This document shows, one piece after another, positions 38,809-55,779 of a stretch of 64,000 nucleotides of DNA. The notes below the pieces were generated by a model that did no database searches, had not been told where the DNA came from, and worked only from the letters and a program-made list of their open reading frames with translations. A program made the position numbers and the translations under genes. Each line of letters starts with the position of its first letter. Position 1 is the first letter of the stretch. The DNA lies in NCBI RefSeq assembly GCF_009914755.1, contig NC_060926.1, one strand, 5' to 3'. The DNA is from the human T2T-CHM13v2.0 reference genome, Homo sapiens.

Positions 38809-39685
38809 TAAGGAAACACTAATTCAAATGGCAGTGGATTTCTCATCTGAATCATTGGAGGCAAGAAGAGAGTGGCTTAGTTTGTTTTAAATGCTGGAAA
38901 AAAAACCCTGTAAACCACAAATTCTATAACTGGTAAACATGAATAAAGACATTGTCAGATGAAGAAAAACTAAGGTAATTTATTGCTAACAAACTTGCTC
39001 TTAAAAAATAGTTAAGCTCTTTAGAGAGAAAGAACATGATAACAAAAGAAGTCTTAAAATTACAGAAAGGAAAGAATTACATTAAAATGTTTAAAAAGAG
39101 GAGTATAAATATAGTATCTTTCTTCTTGTAGGTTACTTAAATCATATTCAATAGTAGAAGCAAAAATTATGAAAACATCTGATATTTGTCATTGAATTAT
39201 ATTCAATGTATGCAGAAGAAATGCTTAATACAATCATGTTTTTTATATGGAGAAGGTAAAGTAATGTTTCTAAACTTTACTCAAAGTGAAAAAACGTTGA
39301 TACAGGTAGACTGTGTAATTACATATGTACATTTTCATACGTACAGCAACTTGTCTTCTGGCTAATTTTATTTGTCAACTTGACTAGGCCATGCTACTGA
39401 CATATTAGGTCAAACTCTTCTGGATAATACTGAAACAGTGTGTTTTCAGATGAGGTTAACATTTAAATCAACAAACTTTGAGTGAAACAGATTTCCCTCT
39501 GTAATGTGAGTGGGCCTCATTCAGTAAGTTGAAGACCTTAAGAAAAAGACTGATATCCCCCAAAAAAGAGCGAATCCATCAAGAAGACTGTCTTCAGACT
39601 CCAGCTGAAGCACCAACTCTCTCTCTATATATATATGTAAAAATTTTATACATATATTCATACACATATATATGTATGAATTTAG

Positions 39686-40150
39686 AAAAAACTCATTGGA
39701 TGGGCTGAAGAGCAGAATAGAGAGGAGAGAGGAAAGAATCAGTGAACCAGACCATAGAACAATATAAATTAGCCAGTCTGAACACCAGAGAGAAAATAAA
39801 ATGAAAAAAATAAATGAGCAAGGCTTCAGGAACCTGTGGGATTACAACAAAAGATAGATACAACAGCACATACACACTGAAAATAAAAGAACTGATTATA
39901 TAAACAATAATTAAAAATGAAAAAGTGACATATTAATGTCAGAATAAAGTAAATTCAAAACAAAGAATATCCCTATAGAAAAAAAGAGAGATTATGTAAC
40001 AGTAAAAAAATAGAAATAAATTATTAAAAATGTGTGCATACATACAAGCACACAACAGAGCCTCAAAATACACTAAACAAAAACTAAGAGTTGAAAGGAC
40101 AAATAGACAAATAGACAAATCCACCAACCTGTTTAAGGACTTCAACATCT
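39686..40150 (+). repeat. Chimeric direct copy of 38145-38317 joined to 41390-41684
   Basis: Both halves align colinearly with their donors and overlap at TAGA (39855-39858). The paired minus-strand ORFs 39939-40214 and 41446-41682 are near-identical. Confidence 0.94.
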
Positions 40151-40172
40151 CATATCTCTCTCCTCTCTCTCT

Positions 40173-40217
<45 letters not shown>

Positions 40218-40302
40218 TATACATATATATCAATTTCTCAATATATGTATCAAATATATATATCAATTTCTCTATCTATATATAAATATAGATATATATA
40301 AA

Positions 40303-40562
40303 TAGAGAGAGAGAGGAGAGAGAGACTGCTAGAGACAAAGATTTATGTTATGAAATTATGTTAAAGAATTGGCTCACCTGATTGTGAGACTGGCAGGTCC
40401 AAAACTATATATAAATATATAGATATAGATATCTATATATAAATATATAGATAGCTAGAGAGAGAGAGAGAGGAGAGAGACTGCTAGAGACTAAGATTTA
40501 TGTTATGAAATTATATTAAAGAATTGGCTCACCTGATTGTGGAGACTGGCAGGTCCAAAACT
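40303..40562 (+). repeat. Tandem duplication of ~105 bp separated by a (TA)/(GATA) tract
   Basis: GAGAGACTGCTAGAGAC.AAGATTTATGTTATGAAATTAT.TTAAAGAATTGGCTCACCTGATTGTG.AGACTGGCAGGTCCAAAACT occurs twice. Confidence 0.92.
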
Positions 40563-43029
40563 TGCAGGGTAGTCTAGAAGCAGTCTAGAGACCCAGGAAA
40601 GAGTTAATGTTTCAGCTGGAGTGTAAAGGCAGTCAGCTCGATGAATTCCCTATTTTTATGGGAGGAGCAGTCTTTTTCTTATGGCCTTCAACAAAATGAA
40701 TGAGGCCCACTCACATGATGGGGGAAACTGTTTCACTCAAAGTTTGTTGATTTAAACATTAACCTCATCGAAAAACATACCTTTTCAGTATTATCCAGAA
40801 GACTTTGACCAAATATCTCAGTAATGTGGCCTAGCCATGTTGACAAATATTAATAAAATTAGGCAGAATGTTAGGTATTGGTACGTTGCTGTAGGTATTA
40901 AAATGTACATATGTAATTTATCATAGTCTACTGGTATCTACATTTTACCACTTTTAGTGAAATTTAGAAGTATTAGCTTACCTTCTCCTTATAAAAAGTC
41001 TACTTATGTTAAGTATTTCTTCTATAGTACCATTTCATGTGGTTTTATAATTTTTGCTTCTACCATTTTTATACACACACAGACACACACACACACACAC
41101 ACACACACATGCTGTTTCTCTGCAGAACCCTGACTCCTACAATTAGTAAGAAAACTATATAAAGAATCAAAACATTACAAATTAAAATGCAATTATAACA
41201 AATATCAATGCAACCCACAGGTAGGTAAGTAGGTAGAGAGACAAAAAATAAAAAAAGGAAATAAATAAAAAGTAAATGCTAATAAAACTGATTTAGCTTT
41301 AACATACAATACCTATCATATGGCAGAAATTGATAGAATGAATAAAAGAAACTGAAACACATTCAAGTGTCCCTACAGAAAGCTCACTTTAGATACAACA
41401 GCACATATACACTGAAAATAAAAGAATTGATTGTACAAACAATAATTAAAAATGAAAAAGTGACATATTAATGTCAGAATAAAGTAAACTCAAAACAACG
41501 TATATCTCTACAGAAAAAAGATAATATGACAGTAAAAGGAAAAATAGAAATAAATTATTAAAAATGTGTGCATACACACACACACACAACAAAGCCTCAA
41601 AATACACTAAACAAAAACTAAGTGTTGGAAGGACAAATAGACAAATAGACAAATCCACCAACATGTTTAAGGACTTCACCATCTAATTCTCAACAATTAA
41701 AGATACTAAACAAAAATTAGCAGGAATATGGAAGAACTAAACAACAGAATCAAGCAATAGGATGATACATCTTTTTTTTTTCAGTGACACTGGAATGTTC
41801 AGCAAGATGAATCAAATCCTGGATTATAAAACAACCCCCAACAAGTTTAAAATAATTGAAATCATGCAGCATATTTTCTCTGATCATAAAGCGATCTGCT
41901 AGAAATCAATAACAGAAAGACAAATGAAAAATCTCCAAACATTTGGAAATTAAATTACAGACTTCTAAATACATCATTGATAAAAGACAAATTCTCAGAA
42001 GCAATAAATAGAAAATACATAGAATTAAATGAAAATGAAAATACAAAAGATCAAAATATGCAGAATGCACCCAAAGCTGTGTTGAAAGGAGAATAACAGC
42101 ACTAAATGCTGCCACTATGAAAGAGGCAAAGTTTCCAAATCACTAATCTAAGTTCTCACCTCAAGAAACTAGAAAAAGAACAAAATAAAACCAAAGGAGA
42201 CAGAAGAAAGGAAATAACAGAAATTAATGACATTGAAAACAGAAAGACAATGGAGAAAATAAATGAATAAAACGCTAATGCTTAAAAAATCAATAAAATT
42301 GATAAACCTATTGCAATATAAGGAAAAAATAGAAGACAAAAATAAACATGTTCAGGAATATAATATTGGATATTTCTGCAATCATTTAAAGGATAATAGA
42401 AAAATATGAATAATTTTATGCTCATAAGTTTGACAACTTAAAAGAAACGTATCAATTTCTCAAAACCCATAAACTACCAAAACTCAACTGAGATGGAATA
42501 GACAACCTGAACCATCTTGTAATCATTAAAGAAAATGAACATGGACATATAATTTTTAAACCGCAGGAAAAGAAATCTTCAAGTCCAGAATAATTTACTG
42601 CAGAATTCAAACAGTAAATAATAATTAATAAAAAGTTTACACAATATCTTTAAGAAAATAGAAGAGTGAATATTTCCCAACTCATTTTATGAGGATTATA
42701 TTACCTTGATTCAAAACCAGACAAAGACAGTCCAAATAAGCAAAACTATGGGCAAATATAACTCATGAATTTAGACACAAAAGTCCTTAATACAGTATCA
42801 GTAAATCAATTCCAGCAATGTAGTTTTAAGAGTATACATCATGACCACATGGAATTTATTACAGATAAATTCTTCAACATTAACAAACATTAGCAATGTG
42901 ATTTACCCTATCAACAAGCTAAAGCAATTTGATTTTTAAATAAAATTATTAAGCAAAAGTACTTGAAAAATTTAACACTCAAGTATGGTAAAATTTCAAG
43001 TTAGGAATAGAGGGAAACTACTTCAGTTC

Positions 43030-46000
43030 ATGAGGAATATTGGCCTGTAATTTATTTTTTCTTTCAGTGTCCTTGTCTGGCTTTGATAGCAAGGTGATAA
43101 GGATCTCACCAATTTGAAAATTGTCCTTCTTCAATTATTTTAGTAGAGTTTGAAAAGGATTGGCATTAATTCTTCCTTAAATGTTTGGTAGTATTCACTA
43201 GCGAAGCCAGTAATTCCTGAACTTTATTTACTTTGTTGAGAGGTGTTTGTTTAGTGATTCAGTGTCCTTACTCTTTATTGCTCTGTTCAAATTTTCTGTT
43301 TCTTCATAATTCAGTCTTGGTAGGTTGTATGCATCCAGAAATATATCCATTTTTCTAGGTTATACATACAATTAATTGGTGTAAAATAGTTTATAGCTGT
43401 CTCATATGATTTATATTTCAGGTATCAGTTGTAAGGCCTCCTCTTTCTTTTCTGATTTAATGTAGTAATTCTCTTTTTTTCTTAATCCAGCTAAAAGTTT
43501 GTTGATTTTGTTTATCCATTAAAAATAAACTCAGTTTATTTCATCTTTTAAATTTTTCTAGTCTCTGTTTTGCTTATTGCTGCTCTGATACTTCATATAT
43601 TCTCCCTACTGCTAACTTTGAGCTTAATTTGCTTTTATTTTTCTAGTTTCTTGAGAAGTACTGTTAGGTTATTTACTTGATGTATTTCTTCTTTTTTTGA
43701 TGCAAGAATTTATTGCTATAACCTCCTCTCTTAGAACTGCTCTTGCTGCATCGTATACATTTTGGTGTGTTGTGTGCCTCTTTTCATTTGTCTCAAGATA
43801 TATTTTTTAAACTTACTTTTTAATTTCTTCCGGAATCATTGGCTGGTCAAGAGTATGTTGTTTAATTTTCATGTGTTTCTGAATTTTCCAAAATTCCTTT
43901 TGTTATTGATCTCTAGTTTCATATAAGAGTAGTCAGAAAAGACATTTTATATTATTTCAATCATAAATTTGTTAAGTTTTGTTTTGTTGCCTAAAATATG
44001 CTATATACTAGAGAATTTTGTTTTTGTTTTTTTGCACTGGAGAAAAATGAGTATTCTCTTTTGCTGTTGAATGAAATGTTCTTATATGTCTGTTAAGTCC
44101 ATTTGATCTAAAGTGTAGTTTAAATCTAGTGTTTCCTTATTGATTTTCTGACTGGATGATATATTGACTATTGAAAGTAGAATATTGAAGTTCTGTACTA
44201 TTGTATTACAGTCTCTCTCTTCAGAACAATTAATATTTGCTTTACATATTTAGGTGCTCTGATGTATATAGTACATGTGTACTTATAATTGTTATATCAT
44301 CTTGATGAAGTTATTCCTTTACCAATATATAATAACATTTTTTGTCTCTTTTTATAGGTTTGAATTAAAGTCTATTTTATCTGATGTAAGTATAGCTACT
44401 CCTGCTGTCTTTTGGTTTTCATTTACATAGAATATCTCTATTTATATCTTCTATTTCAATCTATATATATCAGTAAACAGGACCCAAATATATGTTGCCT
44501 ATAACACACTTATTTCAGTCTGTTATATTTGGGTCTTGGGTCCTGTTTTTTTTCTTTTTAAATGTATTCAACCATTCTATGTCTTTTAATTGGATAATTT
44601 AGTACATTTATATTCAAGGTAATTATTGATAGATAAGCACTTACAATTGCCATTTTGTTCATTTTCTCATTATTTTGCTGATCCTTTGTGCCTTTCTTCC
44701 ACTCCTGCTGTCTTTCTTTGTGGTTTGATGATTTTCTGTAGTTGTATGCTTTGATTCCTTCCTCTTTGTATTTTTTTTAGATCTCCTATACATTTTTGCT
44801 TTCTGCTTACCTTAAAGTCTACATAAAACTTATTATAGTTATGACAGGTTATTTAAGCTGATAAATTCAATCACGTACAAAACTATACTGTTACTACTTT
44901 TACCTGCGTTTTATCTTTTTGATGTCACAATTAACATTATTTTGTATTGTGTATCCCTTAAAAATTATTGTAGATACACTTATATTAATAGTTTTGTTCT
45001 CTAACCTTTCTATTAGAGATATGTTATTTACATGACACTCAAAGTTTTACCTTATTCTGCATTTGATAATATACTTACTTTTACCAGTGATTATTATATT
45101 ATTGTGAATTTTCTTATTACTAATGAGATTCCTTCTGTTTCAGCTTGAAGAACTTTCTTCAGTATTTCTGGTAAGATAGGTCTAGTGATATGAACTCCCT
45201 GAGCTTTCATTTGTTTGTGAAAGTCTTTATCAATTTTTCGTTCCTTAAGGACATCTTTCTTTTCTCAGTGAACTATTACTGGTTAGCAATTTTTTTTCTT
45301 GTTGCGCTTGGAGTATATCAACCCAGTCTCTCCTGGCCTGCAAAGTCTCTGCTGAGAAATCAGCTGCCAGCCTTATGTGTGATCACTTGTATGTGAGAAT
45401 TTTTTTCTCTTGCTGCTTTCATGAGTCTCTCCTTGTCTTTCAATTTTGACAATTTGATTATAATATTTCTTGGCATAGTTCACTTTGGATTGCATTTCAC
45501 TGGAGTTCTTAGAGCCTCCTGTACCAGGATACTTATATCTTTCCTCAGATTTGGCATATTTATTTAAATAATCTTGTGTCCCTTTTTCTTTTCTCCTTCT
45601 TAGACTCCTATAATGAGAAAGTTAGCTGTCTAGATGCTGTCGTACAATGCATGTATGCTCTTTTTATTCTGTTTATTCTTTTTTCTCTATTGATAGCATG
45701 TCTTTTTGTTTTCAGATTTTGTCTACTTGATAAGTTTTCATGTTGTTGTTCTCTATTTCATTTTTTATTTCATTCATTGTGTTCTTCAGCTCCAGATTTC
45801 TTTGTTTTTTTAATATAATTTCAACTTCTCTATTAAAAAGGCTGTTTTGTTTCACTTATTGCTTTTCTGATTTTGTTAAATGGTATCATTCTGTTTTCTT
45901 GAGGTTCACTGAGCTTTCTTAAAATGATTATTTTAAATTCTTTGCCAGACAATTTGTAGATCTCCATTTTCGATGGGTCAATTACTGGGAAATTATTGTA

Positions 46001-47110
46001 CTCCTTTGGTAATGATATGTTTCCTTAGTTTTTCATATGCCTTGTTGCCTTGTGTTTATGTTTGTTAATTTATTGAAGCAATTACTTTTCTAGACTTTAC
46101 AGACTCTTTTCAGTTGGGAAAGACCTTCCCTTATAGGTGGGTGCAAAGACACAAGCTGAGAAGGTTATGATTGTTCTGGCTCCCGTAAGGACACTGCAGC
46201 ATAGTCTCAGTACAGCCCTGTCAGGTAAATTCAATGTTGGCAAATATTTCAGGGAGCCCTAACAGGCAACTCTGTGGATATCCTCATTGGTGGTGAAGGA
46301 TGTTGGAATTTTCAATGGCAAAGGATGGTGAAAGATGTTGAAATTTTCGATGGCAAAGGCTTCTGGGGTCCCGCTGATCTATTTTTCTTCCAACAGGAAA
46401 GTCGTGGCCAAAGGAATCCCTCTTGGCACTGGTTCTGGCTTGAGAGCATGCTTGCACCAGGGTCTAATGCACAACACCTGTGGAGTGGCCATGGCTCTGA
46501 GTTCTGAAGGATAGGCATGCATGGAAGGATCATGATTTGGGGGTCCAGGGCAGTAGTGGCACCAGTGCCTGGAGTGCTGGCACCCCAACTGCTGCATTGG
46601 TGTGTGCAGGGTGCAGACTAGCCCATAGGAGCAGTGTCTCCAAGACTGATGTGTGAGCATATGCAGTGTAGCCACAGAGCTGGGGTCTGAAACACTGGCA
46701 AGCACAGAGCAACTGCAGAGCTGAGACCTGGAGTGTGGACACAGGCGGAGCAGCTGCAGCTCTGGAGTCAACGGTGTGCATTCAGGTTGGGAGGGGTGGC
46801 TCTGGCTTTGAATTAGCACAAGATTGGCTGCTTCTTGAGAAGGGGGACAGGGGACATAGACACATCTCCCTCCTCAAAGGATCCATGTCTGGGATGGCTG
46901 TTGCTTACCGAGTGGCAAAAAAAAATTGCTGTTGTCCTTTACAGAGCAGGCCCCTGGAGACCACAGTGGCACTCCCCACGTGGCTGATAATGATGTTCCC
47001 GCTTTCTTTGTTCCTAGACATCTCCAAATGTTTCAGGTATGCTGCTCTGCTCAGTGATCTTTTCTGTGTGTCTTTTCTTTTTCTTTTCCTCTCCCACATA
47101 TTGCTGAAGG
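43030..47110 (-). mobile_element. L1M/L1MA element (ORF2 part, ORF1, GC-richer 5'UTR)
   Basis: T-rich strand with ATATTGGCCTGTAATTT..GTGTCCTTGTCTGG, TAAATGTTTGGTAGTATTCAC and AAGTATAGCTACTCCTGCT. GC-rich 5' region at 46.2-47.1 kb. Confidence 0.88.
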
Positions 47111-47119
47111 TTTTTAATT

Positions 47120-49224
47120 GGGCCAAGGAGGCAGCAGAGCCAATGGTGCTTGCAGTGGCTGTGGCAGATAAGAATGTTATTTGTAGTCTTTGGCATGTGC
47201 CTACAGGTAAATCATGGCATACATCCTGAAGTTTTTGAAGCAAAACTCTGCTATTCTCTACAGATAAGTACCCTCATTTTAAGAACAACTTTTGGCCTGC
47301 TACTGTACCTTAATAGAGACTAAACTGTCAACCATGCCCCACCAAGGTACCATGTGGCCTGAGCTGCCCATCATAAACTATGCGTTATATGGTCCACCAA
47401 GCCTTAAGTTGGGCATGTACAGCAACACCAACACTTCACTATCAAATGGAAGTGGTATATATAACACAGGGCCCAAAGAGACCTGGAAAGCACAAGTTAC
47501 TTGAAGAATTGACCTAAATGTCTATTGTTCTCACCTCCTCTAAACTATCTTCTCTCTCCCAGCCTGTATCTATGGCCTCATAGGGAGTTCCCTAAGATAA
47601 ACAGAGAGTGAAAGAGAATACTCAGGCCTAGTTTACAGATGGTTCTGCATGATATGCAGACTCCACCAGAAAGGAGACAGCTGCAACACTATTCCCCCTT
47701 TTGAGGACATCCCTGAAGGACAGTGATGAAGGGAAATCCTCTAAGTAGGCAGACCTTTGAGCAGTGCTCCTGGTCGTTAACTTTGCTTGGAAAAAGAAAT
47801 GGTCAGATGTGCAATTATATGCCAATTTTTGGGCTGTGGTCAATGGTTTAGCTGGATAATTAGGAACGTGAAAGAAATATGATTGGAAAATTGGTAACAA
47901 GGAGATTTTGGGAAGAGTTACGTGGATAGACCTCTTTGAATGGACAAAAAACATTAAGATTTTTGTGTTCCATGTGAATGTTCACCAAAGGATGGTCAAG
48001 TGGGTAGGATGACCTGTTTTCTAGATACTAGTTATTCTCTTTTTTCAGCCATCCCTGTCGTTGCATAATGAGCTCACAAAAAAAGTGGCTATGATGTCAG
48101 GGATGGAGGTTATGCATAGGCTCAGCAACATGAAGTTTTATTAACCAATGCCAACATGTCTATGGCAACTGCTGAGTGCCCAATCTGCTACCAGCAGAAA
48201 CCAACCCTGAATCCCAGATATGACACCATTCTCCTGAATGATTCACCAGCTTCCTGTTGACAGCTTCCATCACTGCACTGGACCACTTCCATCATGAAAG
48301 AGGAAGCACTTTGCTCTCAATGGAATAGACACTCTGGATACAGATTTGTCCTCCCTATAGGTAATGCTTCTGCCAAAACTACCATCCATAGATTTGCAGA
48401 ATGTCTTATTCATGTTATTTCACACAGTGTTGCTTCTGATCAAGGAACTCACCTCACAGGAACAGAAGTGTAACAATGGGCCCATGCTCATTGAATTCAC
48501 TGGCTTACCATGTTCCCCACCTTCCTGAAGCAGCCCACTTGATAGAATATTAGAATGGGTTTTGGAGAACAATTTTCAGTGCCAGCTAGGAGAAAAATCT
48601 TAAAGGGCCAGGGAAATATTCTCCAGAAGGCTGTGTATGTTCTGAATCAGCATTCAATATATGATACTGTTTTTCCCATAGCCAGATTTCATGGGTCTAA
48701 GAATCAAGGGGTGAAGTTTGGGGTGGTACCACTCACCACTATACCTATTGACCCACCAATAAAACTTTTGCTTCCTATTCCCATGACATTATATGCTCTG
48801 CTGGCCTAGAGATCTTAATTTTAGAAAGAGGAATGATTCCACCAGAAGACACAACAATAAGTCAGTGGAACTGAAAGTTAAGACTGCCCCCTGGCCAACC
48901 TGACAATTCTTCTGCTTCTGAGTCAACTGGATAAGAAGGGAGTTATGATGTTGACTTGGGTGATTGATCTAAACAACCAAGGGGAACTGAACTGCTACTC
49001 CACAATGGAGGTAAAGAAGAGCATGTCTGGAATATAGGAGATTCCTGGGGTATCTCTTAGTATTACCATGCCCTGTGATTAAGGTCAATGGGAAACTACA
49101 ACAACCGTATGTAGGCAGAATTACTAATTGCCAAAAACCTTCAGTAATGAATGTTTGGGTCGCCCTAACATTTGAGTAACACTTTGTATTAGTCATGGTT
49201 CTCTTGAGGGACAGAACTAATAGG

Positions 49225-49255
<31 letters not shown>

Positions 49256-50260
49256 TGGGAGTTTATAATTGACTCACAATCACAAGGTGAAGTCTCACAA
49301 TAGGCTGTCTGCATGTTGAGAAGCAATAAAATCAGTAGTGGCTCAGTCTGAGTCCCCCAAGCCTCAAAAGTAGAGAAGCTGACAGTGCAGACATCAGTCT
49401 ATGACTGAAGGCCCTGAGAGCCCCTAACAAACCACTGGTGTAAGTCCAAGAGTCCAAAAACTGAAGAATGTGGGGTCTAACGTTCGAGGGCAGGAAAATT
49501 CCAGCATAGGAAAAAGATGAAGGCCAGAAGATTCAGCAAGTCAGCTCTTTCCACCTTCTTCTGCCTCCTTTATCTAGCCATGCTGGGAGGCAATTGGATG
49601 GTACCCACCCACTGGGTGGGTCTTTCTGAGGGTGGATCTTCCTATCCCAGTCCACTGACTCAAATGTTAATCTCTTCAGGCAACACACAGAAACACCCAG
49701 AAACAATACTTCACTTCCTTCAATCCAATCAAGTTGACACTTAATATTAACCATCACGCACCTGTACCTGTAACATGAGATACAGAACTACAACAAACTG
49801 AGGTGTTTGCTGAAAGCAAAGGAAATACAAAATGGGTAGCGGAAGAACATAATTATAATACCAGCTACAACCATGTGACCAGTTACAGATGCAAGAACTA
49901 TAATTGTCATCATGAGTATTTTCTTTTTATTTTGTCATGAATGTGTTTGTGTGTGTTTTTCTAAACACACAAATACACACAAAATGTTTTTCCCTATCTG
50001 TCCTATTCTCTTTTCATGTGACATGAGATTTATTGCCTTTATAACATAGTACTGAATGTTATTAATTTTATGCCATAGCATATAAGTTATTGGATATCAA
50101 GGAGAAGTACCTCAGTTCCTATTCTGGGGAAATGTTTAGTGTATGCTTAGTTGTATACAGGACAGTTGTATTATGACAGAATTATTACCTTGTTATTGCC
50201 TTCATTTGGATATTAAGGATGGTTTAAGGAGCTGCATATGAGTCTGGTTAATAAAAGTAG
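47120..50260 (+). mobile_element. ERVL internal segment (degenerate pol: RNase H, integrase and downstream region)
   Basis: GCC TAG TTT ACA GAT GGT TCT GCA gives A*FTDGSA (RNase H WFTDGS with a stop) at ~47626. GCTGAGTGCCCAATCTGC gives AECPIC (integrase zinc finger) at ~48171. Many stops; followed by an MLT2 LTR. Confidence 0.88.
49185..49758 (-). mobile_element. MLT2A/B solo LTR inserted into the ERVL internal sequence
   Basis: TGTATTAGTCA..GGGACAGAACTAATAGGA...CTTCAATCCAATCAAGTTGACACTTAATATTAACCATCAC. TSD CACTT/CACCT. Confidence 0.92.
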
Positions 50261-50261
50261 A

Positions 50262-50805
50262 ATGTTGGTGATTAAATTTATGTGTCAACTTGACTGAACC
50301 ACAGGGTGCCCACATATTTGGTAAAACATCATTCTGTCTTTAAGGGCGTTTCTGAATGAGATTAAAATATGAATTGGTAAACTGAGTAAAGCAGATTACC
50401 CCTCTAATGTGGGTGGGCCACATACTGTCAGTTAAAGGCCTAAATAGAACAAAAAGTGGAAACTCCTGCTGCCTGACTACCTTCATGCTGGGACATTGTT
50501 TTTTTTCTTGCTTTTAGACTCAAACTGAAACACTGGATTCAAACTGAAATATTGGTTCTTGCTATGTCTCAAGCCTACTGACTTTTCCATTGGAACTACA
50601 TCATCAACTTTCCTGGTTCTCAGGCCTTCATAATTCAGACTGGAACAATATACCATTGGATCTCCTGATTCTCTTGCTGTTGACTTTGCTGCCTACAGAT
50701 ACTAGAATTTGTCAGCCTCCGTAATCACATAAGCCCGTTCTTATAGATATAAGTACATAAATAACATCTCCCATTGGTTGTTTTTATGGAGAACCCTGAA
50801 TAACA
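50262..50805 (+). mobile_element. MLT2 LTR, probable 3' LTR of the ERVL
   Basis: GGTGATTAAATTTATGTGTCAACTTGACTG..CCACAGGGTGCCCA...GGAGAACCCTGAATAACACA. Confidence 0.9.
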
Positions 50806-50809
50806 CATT

Positions 50810-54230
<3,421 letters not shown>

Positions 54231-54549
54231 CCAAATAATGGACTTTTAAAGAATAAAATACCCTATTTTGTATAGATTTTAAGTTTTTTTGTTATATGTA
54301 TCTATTTACTGAATTTAACCTGTAATCTAAACATATAATTGTCTCTTACCAAAAAATATTTAATCTGAATTATCTCCCAGCTAGTTTAACAATAAGGTCT
54401 CATTTTCATTTTGCCGTCTGATTTTCTTGACCAAGGCAAGAATCTGAACAACATTTCCAGTGGTTTCCAATCAAATAAAATGTTTCATGTTTAAAAACAA
54501 CCACAGCTATATATGCAGTAATTATCATGATGATAATAATAATAATAGT

Positions 54550-55150
54550 TACTTAAGTAATTATTTTTTGCTAATTTTGGATCAGATCCTGAGTTGGGTG
54601 CTTTAAGCGTGTTTAGCTTATTGAATGTGCATAGCAAACCAACATTTCTGTTAATGACCTAACTTTACGTATCAAGGACCTGAGTCTTTCATAGATCAAA
54701 TACCATTTTAAAGTCATGCAGCTGACAATGCCACTGCCCAAACAGGCACCCAGGTCTAATTGTACCTAGAGCTCATCCTTCTGTTTAACTCTCTCTTGTT
54801 AACTGATTGGTGGAGACAGTAGAGATGTATCAACTTTCGACTCCTAAACACTTTTATTACTATCAAATTTATAGTATTAAAATTGGCATTGTAACCAAAA
54901 AATAATTCAAAGGACCGATGTTGTGATCCAATGAGGCATCTCCTTATTTGTGTGAGAATGTGTCACATCCCTATATCTGATACAGCACACTCTCAGCACA
55001 GCTCATACAGTAGCATCATCATTATTTGTTTACTTTGCATCCTGACCAGAAAGCTGTGAGCTGCTTGTGGGCAATAGCTATATTTTATTCTTATCTGTAT
55101 TCCAAGTGTCTCTCAGGCTAATACCTGGCTCTAAAAAAAGTTCAATAAAT
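54550..55150. mobile_element. MIR fragment (~54550-54780) and L2 3' end (~54930-55150)
   Basis: AAAGTCATGCAGCT..ACCCAGGTCT (MIR). CTGTGAGCTGCTTGTGGGCA..TACCTGGC..TTCAATAAATGCTTATTAAATGAATGAATG (L2 terminus). Confidence 0.7.
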
Positions 55151-55779
55151 GCTTATTAAATGAATGAATGTTTCCAATCTACTGAGCTAAAACTCATTTA
55201 TATTTCATTGCCTACAAAAATAGAGAAATAAAAGAAAATTTATTTTCTTTATAGGAAATTAGTATGTAAAATTATATTATAAGGAACATAAATTTTATGT
55301 TTCAAACACACCCAAACTCAGATCCTTGTACTCCTCTACCCCGACATAACTACATACCCAACAACCTCCACACCCACACTGCATGGTTGCAAAGATTGGC
55401 TAGCAGAGATTTTTAACTGGGCACCCATTAAAAGCTTCACACTTAGTGAGCAAATTTCAAAAGGACTATGTATTTCCTGGAATTGTTTATAAAATGTTAT
55501 ATATGTGTGCATTTTTCTTGGTGGAAGATGAATAGTTTTAAAAATATTTTCAAAGCAATATGTGGTTCCAAAGTACTAAAGATTCAATTAGTTATCTCTT
55601 AAGCTATCTCTTTCTCTCTTTGCACTAACAATAGGAAAAAATGAAAGATACGAGTGAAGCATGGAAAGAAGGAAGCAAGTAACCAAGAAAGAGAGAAAGG
55701 AAAGAAGGAAAAAGTTTGGAGAGATGTAACAGCAAACTACAGTATTTTCTCCGTTTCTCAGAGTCTCTTCCTTCATGAG

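Larger units (their letters stand above)
39153..41064. repeat. Inverted duplication with arms ~39153-39620 and ~40600-41064
   Basis: Both arms contain the same L1/MLT2 junction. Examples: GTAGAAGCAAAAATTAT vs ATAATTTTTGCTTCTAC; AATTACATATGTACATTTT vs AAAATGTACATATGTAATT; TTTAAATCAACAAACTTTGAGTGAAACAG vs CTGTTTCACTCAAAGTTTGTTGATTTAAA. Confidence 0.93.
39352..41140 (+). mobile_element. Older MLT2 LTR disrupted by a complex rearrangement
   Basis: 5' part GCTAATTTTATTTGTCAACTTGACTAGGCCA at ~39361. 3' end CTGTTTCTCTGCAGAACCCTGACTCCTACA at ~41112-41140. An inverted partial copy lies between them. Confidence 0.85.

Noticed and set aside
39939-41682. Two similar minus-strand ORFs suggesting paralogous small genes
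   Set aside because: The similarity comes from the local duplication of L1 sequence; these are antisense frames of an A-rich L1.
46292-46358. ~34 bp unit repeated twice (GGTGAAGGATGTTGGAATTTTCAATGGCAAAGG), superficially CRISPR-like
   Set aside because: Simple tandem duplication without spacers in eukaryotic DNA. Similar small slippage duplications occur at ~22775-22812, ~50520-50556 and ~59731-59756.
46274-47243. Overlapping 70-164 aa ORFs in a GC-richer block
   Set aside because: They fall in an L1 5'UTR-type region and the ERVL boundary, where higher GC lowers stop frequency; no protein resemblance.
47120-50260. Intact or domesticated ERVL pol
   Set aside because: Motifs are recognisable but riddled with stops and frameshifts (e.g. 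W to stop in WFTDGS).
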